Source of the DNA: Klebsormidium nitens
Lineage: Eukaryota; Plantae; Klebsormidiophyceae
Length of the DNA: 64,000 nt
Assembly (NCBI GenBank): GCA_000708835.1
Contig: DF236963.1
Coordinates: forward strand, 370,276 to 434,275
Direction of reading: 5' to 3'
Under the pieces are notes generated by a model that had not been told where the DNA came from, ran no database searches, and saw only the letters and a list, made by a program, of their open reading frames with translations. A program made the position numbers and the translations under genes. Shown here piece by piece: positions 1-12,178 of this stretch. Each line of letters starts with the position of its first letter. Positions within the stretch are counted from its first letter, which is position 1.

Positions 1-203
1 GGTTGACCGTCTGGACCTCGTCGAAGTTGCTTTCATCAAGCACTCCGAGGACAGGCGAAGAGCAAGGGAACCATTCGCACCTCAAACACGAGTTTGTTAC
101 AGACACTTCGTTGTTTGAGAGCAGATATGAGGAAGGTCTGAAAGAAACTCTGGTAAAAAATGCACACATCTCCTCGACGAAAACCACTTTGACCGTCCGC
201 ACC

Positions 204-3200
204 TCGTCGAAGACGCTCTCCAGGAACGCGTCAATGTCTTGTCCGTCGTCCGACAAGTCCGACGGCAGCAGCTCCAGCGCGCCGCCCTTTCGCCGTCCGC
301 CCTTTCCGTCAAGCCGCTTGCTCGTGGAACCCGCCGCCAGCGCGTCCTTGTCGAGATGGGCCGCGTACCCCCCCAGAATCTCGACGAACGTCGCGTACGT
401 CTCCTTGAGCCCCTGGGCCATGCCTTTCTCGATCATGCCCTGGACAGAAGAAAGAAAGAGAGCACAAATGAAGAATGGAAGAAAAGTGGTCCAAGAACAC
501 TCCATCGTAGAGTTCCGGCGCGCGTCTACTCAAGTGTCCTCGAGCTCTGTCATTCTCAACCATGCCTGTACGCTGACCGATCAGAGGAAATATTCAACAG
601 CTGACGTGAGCTTTCTGCCGGATAGAAGGGGCTGCGTTTTGAGTGGGTTGCAAGCGAAATGGTCTGTCATGCAAGAACGGATGGGGCATCGAGTCGGCAG
701 ATTGCCCATACTTTCCTCCGAGACGACTCTCCTGGGATTTCGATGTAAAAGGAGCTCTACCTATCCGCGTCAGTCCTTTGCCTGGACAAAATAGATTCTC
801 CGATTAAGATAGGGTCTACTACCTCACACGAGCACCTGGGCTCACAGCGTTTGCCGTTTCAGATGGCAATCTCCAGAACAACTCTCTAGTCCTACCCCCG
901 CCCTTCAACCAACATTTGCAAAGGGGGGATGCTTCGTGTAGTACACTTACCTTCATAATCGTACTCTTGAGAAACTTGGGCTCGTACGAGATCTGCAACC
1001 GCGTCACGGCATTCCTACCATTCGACGCCAGTGATTTAGTCGACTCCGAGCCCCCCGCAGCCGAAATCTCCGTCGAGACCTCGCCCCCCGCCTCGCTGCC
1101 GGCGACTTTTGCTCCCCTCACGCTGTCGTCACCCGCGCCTAAGGACCTGGCCGACATCCCATTTTCGTCTCCGTTCACTGATTCGGGTGACGTCATCCCG
1201 AACCGCGAAAGGGACGACGAGCTTTTGGCCCCGTTTGCGTCCGAGGATTTAGGTGTTCGGGGGGAGGTCTGGGCGTGACGTGGCGTTCGGGGAGACTCAG
1301 ATCCTCGGCTAAAACGTCCGGACGGGGTTGGCGGTGCGTCGATGCTTGCGCCGGAACCCTCCCGGGTTAGGGTTGACCCGGATGGGGGCTCCTGGGTTAT
1401 GCAGAACTTGACCTCGGTGCAGAACGTGTCGCCCATCGGGACGTCTTTGGCGACCGTGGTCACGTGGATGACGTAACAGGATGACGTGGCAGCCAGATAC
1501 CTGAACAGTACGTGAAGCAAGCTTGTCAACGTACTCCACACCTATTAAGAATGTTCGGAAAGATCATTTCAAGAGAAGTGTATTTGGCAGGAGCGGCGGC
1601 CTACCTGGGCGCTCGAAATCAACCCGAGAATTCCCTTTGGAAACAGTGCTGAATATCAAACGAAGCCGGTGAATGTTTCGATTTCGACTTTGAATCCGTA
1701 CATATGATGAAGTGTCCAATTCAAGTGTCGGAATATACAAAGATTCGAATTGTATCACAGTGGGTATGTTGGGCGCCAGCTCAGAAGATGGAATAATTAT
1801 TGGGAAGGCGAAGGGAAATCCTGAGGACCTTTACATAGACTAGTCGTTTGGGAATGCGAAGGGAAAGCCTGAGGACCTTTACAAAGCCCCAGGAAACTTT
1901 TCTCCACAGCCCGTTTGCTATTCACGGCTTTTACAGTCCAAACTGTCCCACTGCCAGCAATACTGATGACTGCCACTCGTAAGACGGACTCGACGTCAAA
2001 GAAAAAGCTCGGTACTTTGGAAAGACAAGCCGACCAGGGTTGCTTCAAAGACTGCCCTCGATCAGACTTTGATTTGCAGGCAACCCAAGGAGAAATCCCC
2101 CGACTCCAAAACGAACTTCCGTGTCTGCACCCGACTCTTCCCAGAAGAGAGACCCAAGGACATTGTAAGCTCGTCCTGGACTCACAAGCATCCTGAAAGC
2201 CTCACTTCTGCGTCTACGCACCCTGACAAAACTCGACCATCTTGCTAGACGCCGTCCTGAGATCGAGCAACCCACTTCCTGATCCCAAGAACCGAATTCT
2301 AACAACTTTTCTTGGTGACCGCAGATTGGGCGCGGTCATGAAGTTGAGCACTCTCTCAGCTCATCGTTGGAAATTGTGAATTACATCCTGAGGATCTAAC
2401 GCCAGGATTCGTTTGGAACTACAAAACCCTCAGCTCCTTACTTCTGCGTCTCCACCGCTCGGCAGGACTTGACCAGCTTGCTGGGTGCCGTCATGTAGTC
2501 GAGCATCCTCTCGGCGACGACCCCCTCCTCGTCGCTAGGCGCCCAGGGCGGGGTGTGGGGATCCGTGACGCCCTTGCGCGTTCGCATCTCCTCAGACATC
2601 TTGGAGCCTGCACTCGACAAAACCTCTTAGTTTCGCTAATTTTGTTACTCGGAGTTTCCAAAACTGCAGCAATCTCTTTTTTTGATGTATATAGTACGGC
2701 TTGTCCCAAAGTATATAAAACATCGATCTTCGGATCTGAGGCCTGAACTGTGCTTCCATAGTCGTAACCCCAAGGTTTTCAGAGCCTGCAACGACAGCCT
2801 TGAAACGAAATGAGGCGGAATTCTCGCTTTGACAACTTGACTCAAGGCCACAACGGTAAGCTGCTTGAAGACCTTGAAAGTCCTGAGAATCTGTTCTCGA
2901 AATTGACCTCAGACAGAAAGGACTGATTGGTGAGCGTTACAAGCATACTTTAGTTAGGGGCACATGTTGCTGGGCCCTTCACAAAGTGTTACCCAACCAG
3001 AGCCACAGTATCAGACATGGCCACAGTCTTCATTCATCGCAAAATGGTTATGCCTCCTCTCTGTGCAGGTTAAGTCACCGAAGGCGCCTCTCAAGTTGAA
3101 CCTTCAAGTCGCCTTTCAAATATCAAATCTACACAGACTCAAAACTGTTGGCTGGCTTGCTCGACTTGATGAACTGAGGCAATAAAGGACCACACACAGG

Positions 3201-3656
3201 CCTTTAAAGCACTTCCTCGACATTGATTTTCGAAGAGGGACTCAAAAGACCCCGCTCACCAGGCCCAAAGATAATCCGATTCAGCTCCTTCGCCGTAACG
3301 CCATAGAGCTCATCCACCAGCATGCCCCCATTCAGCGGAGCCAACACATCTTTACTCAGCACCCCCCCAGATACCCCCTCCATTTCTCCCCCCTCCTCAA
3401 AGAGTACCCCGTCCAAATCCTCCGCGATGCTCGCACCCCCCTGCGAAATCTCGGACCGCATGGAGGGCGTCCGAGGGTTTAAGTCATCCGCGCCTAGTTC
3501 GGGCAGCCGCCCAGAGATGGAGAGGTTGTCGTCCTCTGGCGCCGTCCCGTTGCTGACGGTGTCGCTGACGTCATCGTGGTCGCGATGGGCCCGCAGCGGC
3601 TTGATCAGCTTCTTGGGGTTAAGCACATTGAGGAGCTTCTTTGCATTCGGGGACAT
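204..3656 (-). CDS. VASt (StART-like lipid-transfer) domain protein, paralog 1, related to the first VASt domain of plant C2-GRAM proteins. Exons 3656-3260, 2607-2442, 1500-951, 439-(204 or further). 3' end unresolved and may leave the window.
   Basis: GT-AG junctions with consistent phases (1,2,0). Spliced protein LNGGMLVDELYGVTAKELNRIIFGPG-SKMSEE...PW...ERMLDYMTAPSKLVKSCRAVETQKY...DVPMGDTFCTEVKFCI...RLQISYEPKFLKSTIMKGMIEKGMAQGLKETY matches the plant VASt pattern as I recall it. Confidence 0.88.
1800..1883. repeat. Direct repeat: two 36-bp units, 48-bp period, in VASt-1 intron 2
   Basis: TTGGGAAGGCGAAGGGAAATCCTGAGGACCTTTACA and TTGGGAATGCGAAGGGAAAGCCTGAGGACCTTTACA (2 mismatches). Confidence 0.9.
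2045..2193 (-). pseudogene. Decayed intronic copy of the 5' part of VASt-1 exon 3
   Basis: Intact ctttcag acceptor in the same phase (2). It reads MLVSPGRAYNV...DTEVRFGV versus the true exon YLAATSSCYVI...CTEVKFCI and runs into a stop at 2045-2047. Confidence 0.6.
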
Positions 3657-5305
3657 GATGCCTCTGTCTTCGCCCTTCTTCCTATTTTGCCCCTATTTCG
3701 TACTTCGGTGTTCCGCCTCCTTCCACCTTCCTAAGAGCCTGCTCTCATTGTACCCCAGTACCTTCTCAGGTGCAGAAGGAGACACTCACTTCTACGAGTC
3801 GTTTCCGAGCCTCCTGCGTTCTGAAGGAAGCTATCTCTTTGAGTCACCGTGCTTCTCAATGCCTCTTACGAACGGGCGCCCCCATTCACAATGATATCCC
3901 CACTCCAAACTTCCTGATTGAGTGAGCTGTCACTCTGTTCTGAAGATCATCCACAGCTTTTTCCAGAGTCCAGCTTGGGGACACCTTGCATGAGACTTGA
4001 CGGGACAGCTGGCAAATACTCTTTCCTTTGACATCAAAGCCAAAGTCCACACTTTCCGAAAAGTAGACTTGTTGACAGCTTCTCTAGTTTACAGACAGGC
4101 GACGTTCGTGCTTCATGCAGACAATGCTGTTGTCCCCACCTTATGCTGAAACTTCCATCAAGCAAGGGAAGACGATGTCTGACTCTGCATCTCAGTGCCA
4201 CAATTGAACAGATGCCCCCGATGTCCTGCCCTCTTTCTCTGGTTGTTTCGCCTTCAGTGCCCCAATGCCTGAGAGAAACCCCTCCGAGATACCAGAATCT
4301 GCAATTTGGGCAAGAACAAGGCCCAAAAGTCTGTACTTCAAGGCAGATGAAGACTCTACAAGGGGGCCTCACCAATTGCAGCTCTCAAGGGCTTCTTGTC
4401 ACAATGCACCAGAGCAAAAGCGCTCTTCCATCCACAAAGACCACAATTGCTTGATTGAAACTTAAAAGTGGAGCACGCCCGCTCCAGGTGGCAGCTAGGA
4501 CTAGTGCTATCCAAGTTCCGACTAGCGCTTTGGCCAGCCTGCCAGCATTTTGCTGCACACCTCTTTCTTGCATGCATGGCGGCCAGCTGACATGGACTTG
4601 ATGACGAAAGCATTCGCTTGGTTACACGGTTAACCCCCTATTAACAGCGTAGCGGACAGGGTTAGTTTAACCGTCTTCTTTAGCGCAATCATGCAGCTGA
4701 CCTATCCGTCGGCGTAACGCTGTAGCTAGGTACAAATGAGAATCTTGAGCAGAAATTGGGCAAAGTGCTCCTCTTGAACAACTCAAGTGCTGCTCTTCTT
4801 GTGCCAACTTGTGCCACAGTTGTGGAACAGCTGAGTAGCACCGGCCTTGAAAAGGGCTGAATGTAGACAGGAGTTGAGCATTCGTGACGAAGCGGCATCC
4901 TCTTGGCGCTTCATGGTTGCATTGGAAGAAGAAGTGAGGGGGATCATCCTTCTATTTTCTCTCCTGGAGTTACATAATTCCAGCCGCTTTCCATTCTTCT
5001 CTAACTTTTAAGATCTGAACCTGAGACAAGCGGAATTGCGACTAACTGATGAGCGATAAATTGCCAGTAGGATCTTCCTCTCCAGATAGACGGCCTACAT
5101 CTTACTCGCTGGTCAGCATTCCAGCAAAACATTGACGGAAAAAAGGAAAGGAGAAGATCTTAAAGGACACCCAGACTTATAAACTACATAGGTGGGGGGC
5201 GCTTAATGTAGATAGAGTAGAGTCGATCAATAGTGAAACCAACAGCATTGGGGGGAGCTCAATAAGAAGGGCCTGACAATCAGCCCCTTGAAAAATTGTC
5301 AAACC

Positions 5306-8058
5306 ATGGCAGTCACTGCAGAGCTAGGCAAGCTGTCCCTGGACGCCCCGGAGACTGCCGCAAATGGCAGCCAATCGGTGCAGAAAGCGAAGAGCAAGGA
5401 CCGCGTCGTAGCTGAGATGTTTGATGGGAAGGAAGAGGACGTTGTTGCGGGGGGCGCGGGACTGAACTTTGAGGCGCTGGTCCCATTCAAGGGGGGCCTG
5501 CTGGTGAATCAGCAGTACGCTGTCACACCCAAGCAACTCAACAAGATCATATTTGAACAAGGTGAGTAATGTGAGGGTTTATTGCGAATGATGCTTGACC
5601 TGGAGCAGTATACTGCATTGGTTGAACAGGGCTTAAGTAGTGGCACAGACCTATCATAATGCACCCCTCCTGAGTTAAGGGTTTCAACGTGTACTGCGGG
5701 TCTGGAACAACTGACGCTTGACAGAATCGTCCTGTTGTGGTCCATAAAGTTGGTACAGGGCGTCCCGTCCATATGTACGACCATCGGAATAATCAGACAG
5801 CAGCAGCAATTACGTGATTGGTGACACAAGTGTGGCGCGGCGCCTCTCGTCGGAGCACACACTCTCACATAAGTAAATAACATCCACTCATAACATCCAC
5901 TCAGGCATGGTCCCTCTTATCAGACAGAGCAAGAATGAGAATTTGGTCTCCATGTCAGCAAGGGTTGTCGCAATGGAACTTCAGACTGGGGTCTCCGGCT
6001 CTGATTTGGCCTTGGCTTGAAGGGACTGTGTGCTTTCCACTTCGCTATGCCAAGGTCCCTAGCAAATGGCGAACGCTCTTCTTTGGTTTCTCTTGGAGTG
6101 ACAGATTGTTGAAGACGGGGGTTCCATGATAGCCTCCTATCTGGCCGTTTCATGTCTCCCTGGAAAATCGAGTTGCAGGGGGAGAATCTTCCACCTAATA
6201 TACAGTGACAGTTTTCTGCATTTTTGCAGCGCCCCGTTCAAAGCAGTAGTTGCGCCCCCAAGTGCACCCCTGCAAAATTTATGAGCTCCATGCTTTCCAC
6301 GCTGCATGACCAGATCTCGATGGCACCATCTCACCAATTGGACATTGTGCAGGCTTCGCAAAGAGAGAAGTGTGCCGCCAAAGGCACAGATGAACAACTG
6401 AAAGTCCACCCTTCAGACTGAGACTTCCACATTCTCAAATCAAATCCCTCAGATATTGTTAACAGATCATGTAACTTTCGGAGTTAACATTTCTGAGTGC
6501 TGGGGCTCTGCCCTCCAGTGTATCCTGTGCCGCCAAAAGCCCACCAAAACCGGAGAATCTTATCCACGAATCAAAAACCTCATGCGTTTTAGGTTCTGAA
6601 AGTGTCGTCCACAATAGTCCGCAATTTGAAGTATTCAGCGCTTTCTAACAGGCTCCGCCCTGCAAGAGGAGATTCGTGCGATAAAGGGCGCCACCCAGAG
6701 GGTAGAGTTCCCATGGTTTCCAAGCCCGGAGGAGGGGGTGTGGGCGGAGAGGACTGTCACATACATGACGGCAACAACAAAGGTGCTCAAGTCAGCAAGG
6801 GCACTCGAATCTCAGAAGTAAGTCGCTACTTTCGAGTTTCTGGTTTCTTTCTCAGTACCTTCTTCGAGGTTGGATAGGTCCTCACATCTAAACTGCTGGC
6901 TGTTTGGCCTTGCATCTTTGTTTGATAAGTAGCCGTATCGGTTCCCTGTTGATCATGTGCCAGGCAGGTACTTTCTTTACTTGTAATTGACGAAACGTTC
7001 TCATTGCTGGACGATCTCAGATGAGTATCTGCCCCTTTTGGTCGAATCGAACCCTAATAGACTCGAATCCTGCCAGCAGTTTCAGACTTGCTGCGTGTCC
7101 TTGCTACGAAGTCATTGCCACCAGCGCATGGCATATGAAAGACAATAAAGTCAGGTAGAGTATTTCCATATCCAGAAAAGCTTATATATCCGCATGGACA
7201 TAGCTTCCGATCCCTCGTTCTACGAAGTCCACTCCGCAGAGTGAACGGCATCACGAACAAGATTCGAGTCAGACTAACTGCTTGCGCAGAATTTTCTTTC
7301 CCTCTTGCGCTTTTCTTGGACTGTAATTCGTGGAAAAATTGGTGGCTCTTTTTCAAAAGGTCCCATTGAAGATCCTTCAAAACCCGTCTTCAATGGGAAG
7401 GTTGCACACCGCTTACTCGAGGATAGTCGAGGACACCCCGTAAATGATAATTCTTGGCTTCGGCAACTTACATGTATTTTTTTGCAGAATTGTGCATCTA
7501 GACAGCACGAATCGGAAGCTCTCTTTGAAGGCACTCCACCCTTCGGCCAGTTCCGTGTTTCAGGCACGTCTGACCCTGGGAGTCCCACTTTGAACTTACA
7601 GGAAATCCGCTTAATGCTGAAGCTTCTTGTACTGGATCAACAGTCAGTCAAGCGTGCAGCTTTCAGCATGAAGCTGTGGATTCGTGTGCCCAAAGCAATC
7701 TGCTTGCCTCCGCAGATACATAGCTGCAGGGGACGGCCTATACGTGGTCGTCATAAGCACAGCGGTGCCGGACCTGCCGATGGGCCAGAAATTCACGACA
7801 GAAGTCAAGTTTGCCATTTTCGCGGTGGCCTCGGGGAGCGCCCCGGCCTCGGGTGAGAAGCCGCAGCCAATCACGGCGCTCCAGGTGTCATACCAGACGG
7901 CCTTTTCCAAAAGCACCATGATGAAGTCGGTCATCAAGAAGGGGACGGAAGAGAGCTTGTCGGAAACATACGACGAGTTTCAGAAGCTACTAGCGAAGTA
8001 CGCGACGCTGGTGGGGGATCCCCCTCGATTGTCAGACTCGGGCAAGCGAAAGAAGTGA
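5306..8058 (+). CDS. Stand-alone VASt domain protein, paralog 2, 254 aa. Exons 5306-5561, 6652-6817, 7716-8058.
   Basis: Canonical splice sites, 765 nt in frame to TGA. Exon 2 is 166 nt, as in paralog 1, with the same phases. Motifs GGLLVNQQYAVTPKQLNKIIF, ERTVTYMTATTKVLKSARALESQKY, PDLPMGQKFTTEVKF, STMMKSVIKKGTEESLSETY. Confidence 0.9.
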
Positions 8059-11000
8059 GGTCGAAAACGTTTTCACCAACGTTTGCGCCTCGTTGGTGAA
8101 AAGCATTCAGTCATGCAAGTATCCGAGTCGCTCAATATTCGCTGCTCTTGTCTACTGTCTTCTTGACGGTTTAATTGAACTCCGACCCATCAAATAGATT
8201 CTTTGCCACCTTCCATTGCACTCGTAAGAGTTGCCTTTGTACTCGAAGTCGGACTAGTGAACTTCGGTCACCAACGTCAAGAGCTTGAAGCATTGACCAT
8301 TGCAGTTGAGTCGAATATACTGCCTGTATGTCGCTGTCATTCCATCGCAGACATTCCATCGCAGACTATGGGGCCCGGCGTACAACCGTCGGCTTGCTAT
8401 AGACGAACAAACAGTTTATCAAAGTTTAGTTCGCGAGTATGCACGGGCGGCAGGCGTCAATTCGCGATTGCACAGTTAATAGCGAACGAAAGTCACGCAT
8501 TCAAGTGTCTATATGGAGCGGGCGCGGAAGCTGCCTGATTCTCTGAATCTGCACACGGTCATTCAGATTCTCACTAGTGCGTCTTATCTACATATCATCG
8601 TGTCGCCATGCCCTACCCGCAAATGATTGAAACATTGCAGGTTGAGAGCGGCATGTGATCAGAGGCGGAAGCCGCGTACACTTGATTAGTGTGTGCATAC
8701 GATCTGCCTAAGGATGATGTGCAATCAGTGTGCTTTATTGCAATGATGGATTGACACGCTTAACCATGTTTTTTTCCTCAAGACATTTGATATTATATCA
8801 AAGGCAGTACCATGCCCTATGCTTACTACGAAGACGTGGTCGAGCACCTGCCTAGCCGGCGGCCAAACCTGATCATTCGGACATTGCTTCCCAATAGGCG
8901 GCTGTGCGAAATTCAATGGTGAAGAGCCGGAGAGACAGAGAGCACAAGTTTTTGTCACTCTGCATTTCAATGTGTCACCCGCAAGTGCTGTTGTCACGCA
9001 GGACGGCAGGCTCCCAGAAATCTGCATGGGCAGCCCTGAATGCCTTCTAGTCAAGATTCAAGTTCTCGGCGACGGCTTCATGCATCCGACTGGAGGTCAA
9101 ACCAGGTCCGTTCGTCAAATTGGTCCCGATCCGTACTCGCTTGCTTTGAAGCTATAAGAAATTACTGCTCCTCTTTTGCAAGAATGTCATCGCCGAAACA
9201 CGAAAAAGCTGGCGCGATCAGCAACTTTCGCCGGAACAAAGTAAACTGAAAGGCTGCAAACTGCTTAGATGGGCTTCTAAGACAACTCTCAAACCTTACA
9301 TGCGAAAAACAACGCGATCGAGCTGAGTTGCTGTGGCCTGCAACGTACTGTTGGACTCAGAGACGCGTTGATTCTTGAACATCTCGCATCCAGCTTTACT
9401 CATCTCTCTCTCTCTGTCTCTCGGGAAATAAAAGCGACCCCTCGAAAGAGAGCCCGCACAGAAGACTCGCACGCGCAAGCACTCCCCTTTCGAATATCGC
9501 CGTTGGAACTTTCGCCGCGCGCATTGGCCACGTGCTCGTCATTCCAGAATGGCAGAAAACGCGCGCCACCAGCTGCTGCTCGGGCTTCTTGCCTTGGCGA
9601 TCATGACGTCACAGAGTCTGGCGGAGGAGGTGCTTGTTCTCTAATGGTTTCTTTAGTGTTCTTCTACATTCACCTTTGAGAAAGTCATTGTAACCTTACT
9701 TCAGATAGATGGGTACGTAGACTTTGAGCATTTGGTGTCATCCGCTGACGAGGATCCTATCCGTTCAGCAATGAGATCAATTTTATGTTAATGGGCAGAA
9801 AGGGCTTGCTCCATACTCAAGACGGCCTGTGCATGAGGTTGACTTAGTGAACTGGCAATCTGAACGTGATTAATGGCAAGCAGATTTGTATCTAATCACT
9901 TGAAATGGATGATGAATCAACAATCACCCAATCAGAAAACTCAGGTGTTTGGAGTTGCTTAAAGAAGCTCTAGAGACAAAGTGGCAAGATCCAAGAGAAC
10001 GAGTTCGAAGTTGCTCACGAGGAAGAAATCCTTTCAAGATGAGGTTTGGTGTTGTGTGCTCGATTGCAGGCCGGTTCTTCTTTCCCGCTGGCTAACACTG
10101 GCAACCCTGGCATGCCGGACGGACTCGACCAGCTTGCTCGCCAAGACTCTGCAGGTAACAGATTCTGCTTAATCTCCTTTGGTTCCCGTCGACCTATTGG
10201 CTTGAAGCAGATAGGTAGTAGTGCAAAGACGACATCGAGGTGGCCTCACTGGCAGAGTCAGAGATTCTGACTGTCCCTCTTGCCACGTGGCAGTCATAGG
10301 ATGGTCACGTGCAGCACACAACCCAACACGTTTAGGGGGAACAGTACTCTGCTATCAGGGTCAAGTGAAGTCGATCGAGGGCTACGAGTTAGAAGTTTTT
10401 TGGAAGGATCTTCACTTTCTGTTCGATCGGGAGAATAACCTCGCTTCGTAATCCGAAGCACTTGCTGGATGGTTTCCAAAAGGATCCAAACATTCAGACG
10501 CAAGCTACGAATTCTCAAATCAAGGTTCAACTTTTCTTCGATGCCAGAAGGACGGGCCGGGTCAGGTGCATGAGTATCTTAAAATGTCCAGCTGTGTATA
10601 GTGGACGGCCTTAGAGGCCCTTTCGTGGTTGACGCTCGAGTCAATTCCGCAGAGCCGCTTCCGTTTTTTGCAGAGGTAGCTTCGATACGGCTTCGTGGGC
10701 GATTCTGATTTGCATCAACCTCCAGGAAGCAACAAAAACTTTGAGTATTAACATCCCCATACCCCTGCACATCACAAGCAAACCGGGGCAAAGACATTTC
10801 ACCTCCGCAGTCATCTTTGATCACGTCACTCTTCACGTCATCTATGACACCATGCCCTACATCTCTTTATGAGAACGTCGCTTCTTCTTCTTCTTTTGCT
10901 GCAGCAAACGGCGAATCTTCCCGCAAGCTCCTGTGCCTGCCGGGCGAAGCTTCTCCGGGATCCAACTGCTTTCCAGCCCCAAGGGAAACTCCGCAAACCA

Positions 11001-11459
11001 CGCCTGCACCCGTCGTCCCGCGTCCGCCACCGGCGGCTTCGAACCGTCGTAAGCCGAACAAAGCGTTCTGATTATGCGGCGCGGCAGTGACACGCACATG
11101 TGGATGCCCTTCTCTGTTCAGAGGAACTGAAGACAGATAACACAACTTGACGCTTCAAGTCTCGACAGGCGCAGACTGATACATGTGGATGATACTCGAC
11201 AACAAAACGTGTCGACTGATCGCATTTACTTCGTCGCGATCCTTCCGTGTCCTAATTTTGGCCGTCGTTTTAACCTCCGAGCTTCTGCACCCACATGATG
11301 CGTGGCGTCACGTGGGTGATTGAGAGCACACACCAGAAGCGTCTATCATGACGTCATAGACTAAACCTGGAAGCCTGTCAACCGTGCAATCTGCGCTCGC
11401 TTAATTAATGTAGTTGATGTAATTAGTTAACGTAATTAATGTAACACTCCGACCTGCAG

Positions 11460-12178
11460 CCTGTGTGTGCTACCTGATCTACCGTCCCGTGTGCGCCAAC
11501 GGTGTCACGTATTCCAACGACTGCTTCGCCCGGTGCGCGGGTGCGACCTCTTACACGGACGGCGCCTGCGGTGAGCAAGTCTGATACCGTGTGCTTTGAA
11601 CGGATATTCTATGTGGGCTTCCTCCTAACCAAGCTCATTCTGCGCAAAATTTTCAGATCTTGGCCGCCTCATCCTAGCCAGATCAGGTCGTTGGCCGTCC
11701 GCAGAAATAAGGCCGTCTTATGCACAGAATAGAGCAATTGAACGGCTCAGATTCTGCACATCTGGAGCTCAAAGTGTTGTCGAGCGGCCATGATACAAAA
11801 ACGTGCATTCCGGTCACGGACTCTGAGCTCGCTCCAAAGATTCGTTGGGCCGGACATTGGATGCAATTTCTTGTCAGTGTCGGATGCGTAGCTTATTCGA
11901 CGAGCTGAAAAGTTATTCGGTTGCCTGCGACGAGATAAAAGACGTCGTGTCACCGGCGTTCTCTAGCGCATGGACGTGAGGCCTTAGCATTGCGGGTGCG
12001 CCCAAGTAGCATTTTCGTACCTGGTCGCCCTCACAAGCACTTAAATCAGGTTAGATGCTTCTGTCGCGAGTTAATGATACGAACTCAAATTCATTTAAAG
12101 ATGATGTTCGTGTTGTCTGTGCGCTATGCAGCTGCGGGTCCGTCCGGTGGCACCAGGAAGATGCTCACTGACGACTAG
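11460..12178 (+). CDS. Kazal-type serine protease inhibitor, partial model. Kazal exon 11460-11570 and terminal exon 12132-12178; first exon uncertain (candidate 11183-11315).
   Basis: A 111-nt phase 1-1 exon between ctgcag and gtgagc encodes ACVCYLIYRPVCANGVTYSNDCFARCAGATSYTDGAC (six Cys, PVC and TYxNxC Kazal motifs). A phase-compatible last exon encodes AAGPSGGTRKMLTDD*. Confidence 0.8.

Noticed and set aside
3-794. 263-aa plus-strand ORF
   Set aside because: Antisense shadow of VASt-1 exon 4 and introns; Ser-rich with no family signal
1800-1883. 36-bp direct repeats as a mini CRISPR array
   Set aside because: Only two units, 12-bp spacer, intronic, eukaryotic context, no cas genes
3322-3894. 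190-aa plus-strand ORF
   Set aside because: Antisense to VASt-1 exon 1; composition is explained by the reverse complement
4624-4674. ACGGTTAA...TTAACCGT inverted repeat
   Set aside because: 8-bp arms only, no target-site duplication; insufficient for a MITE call
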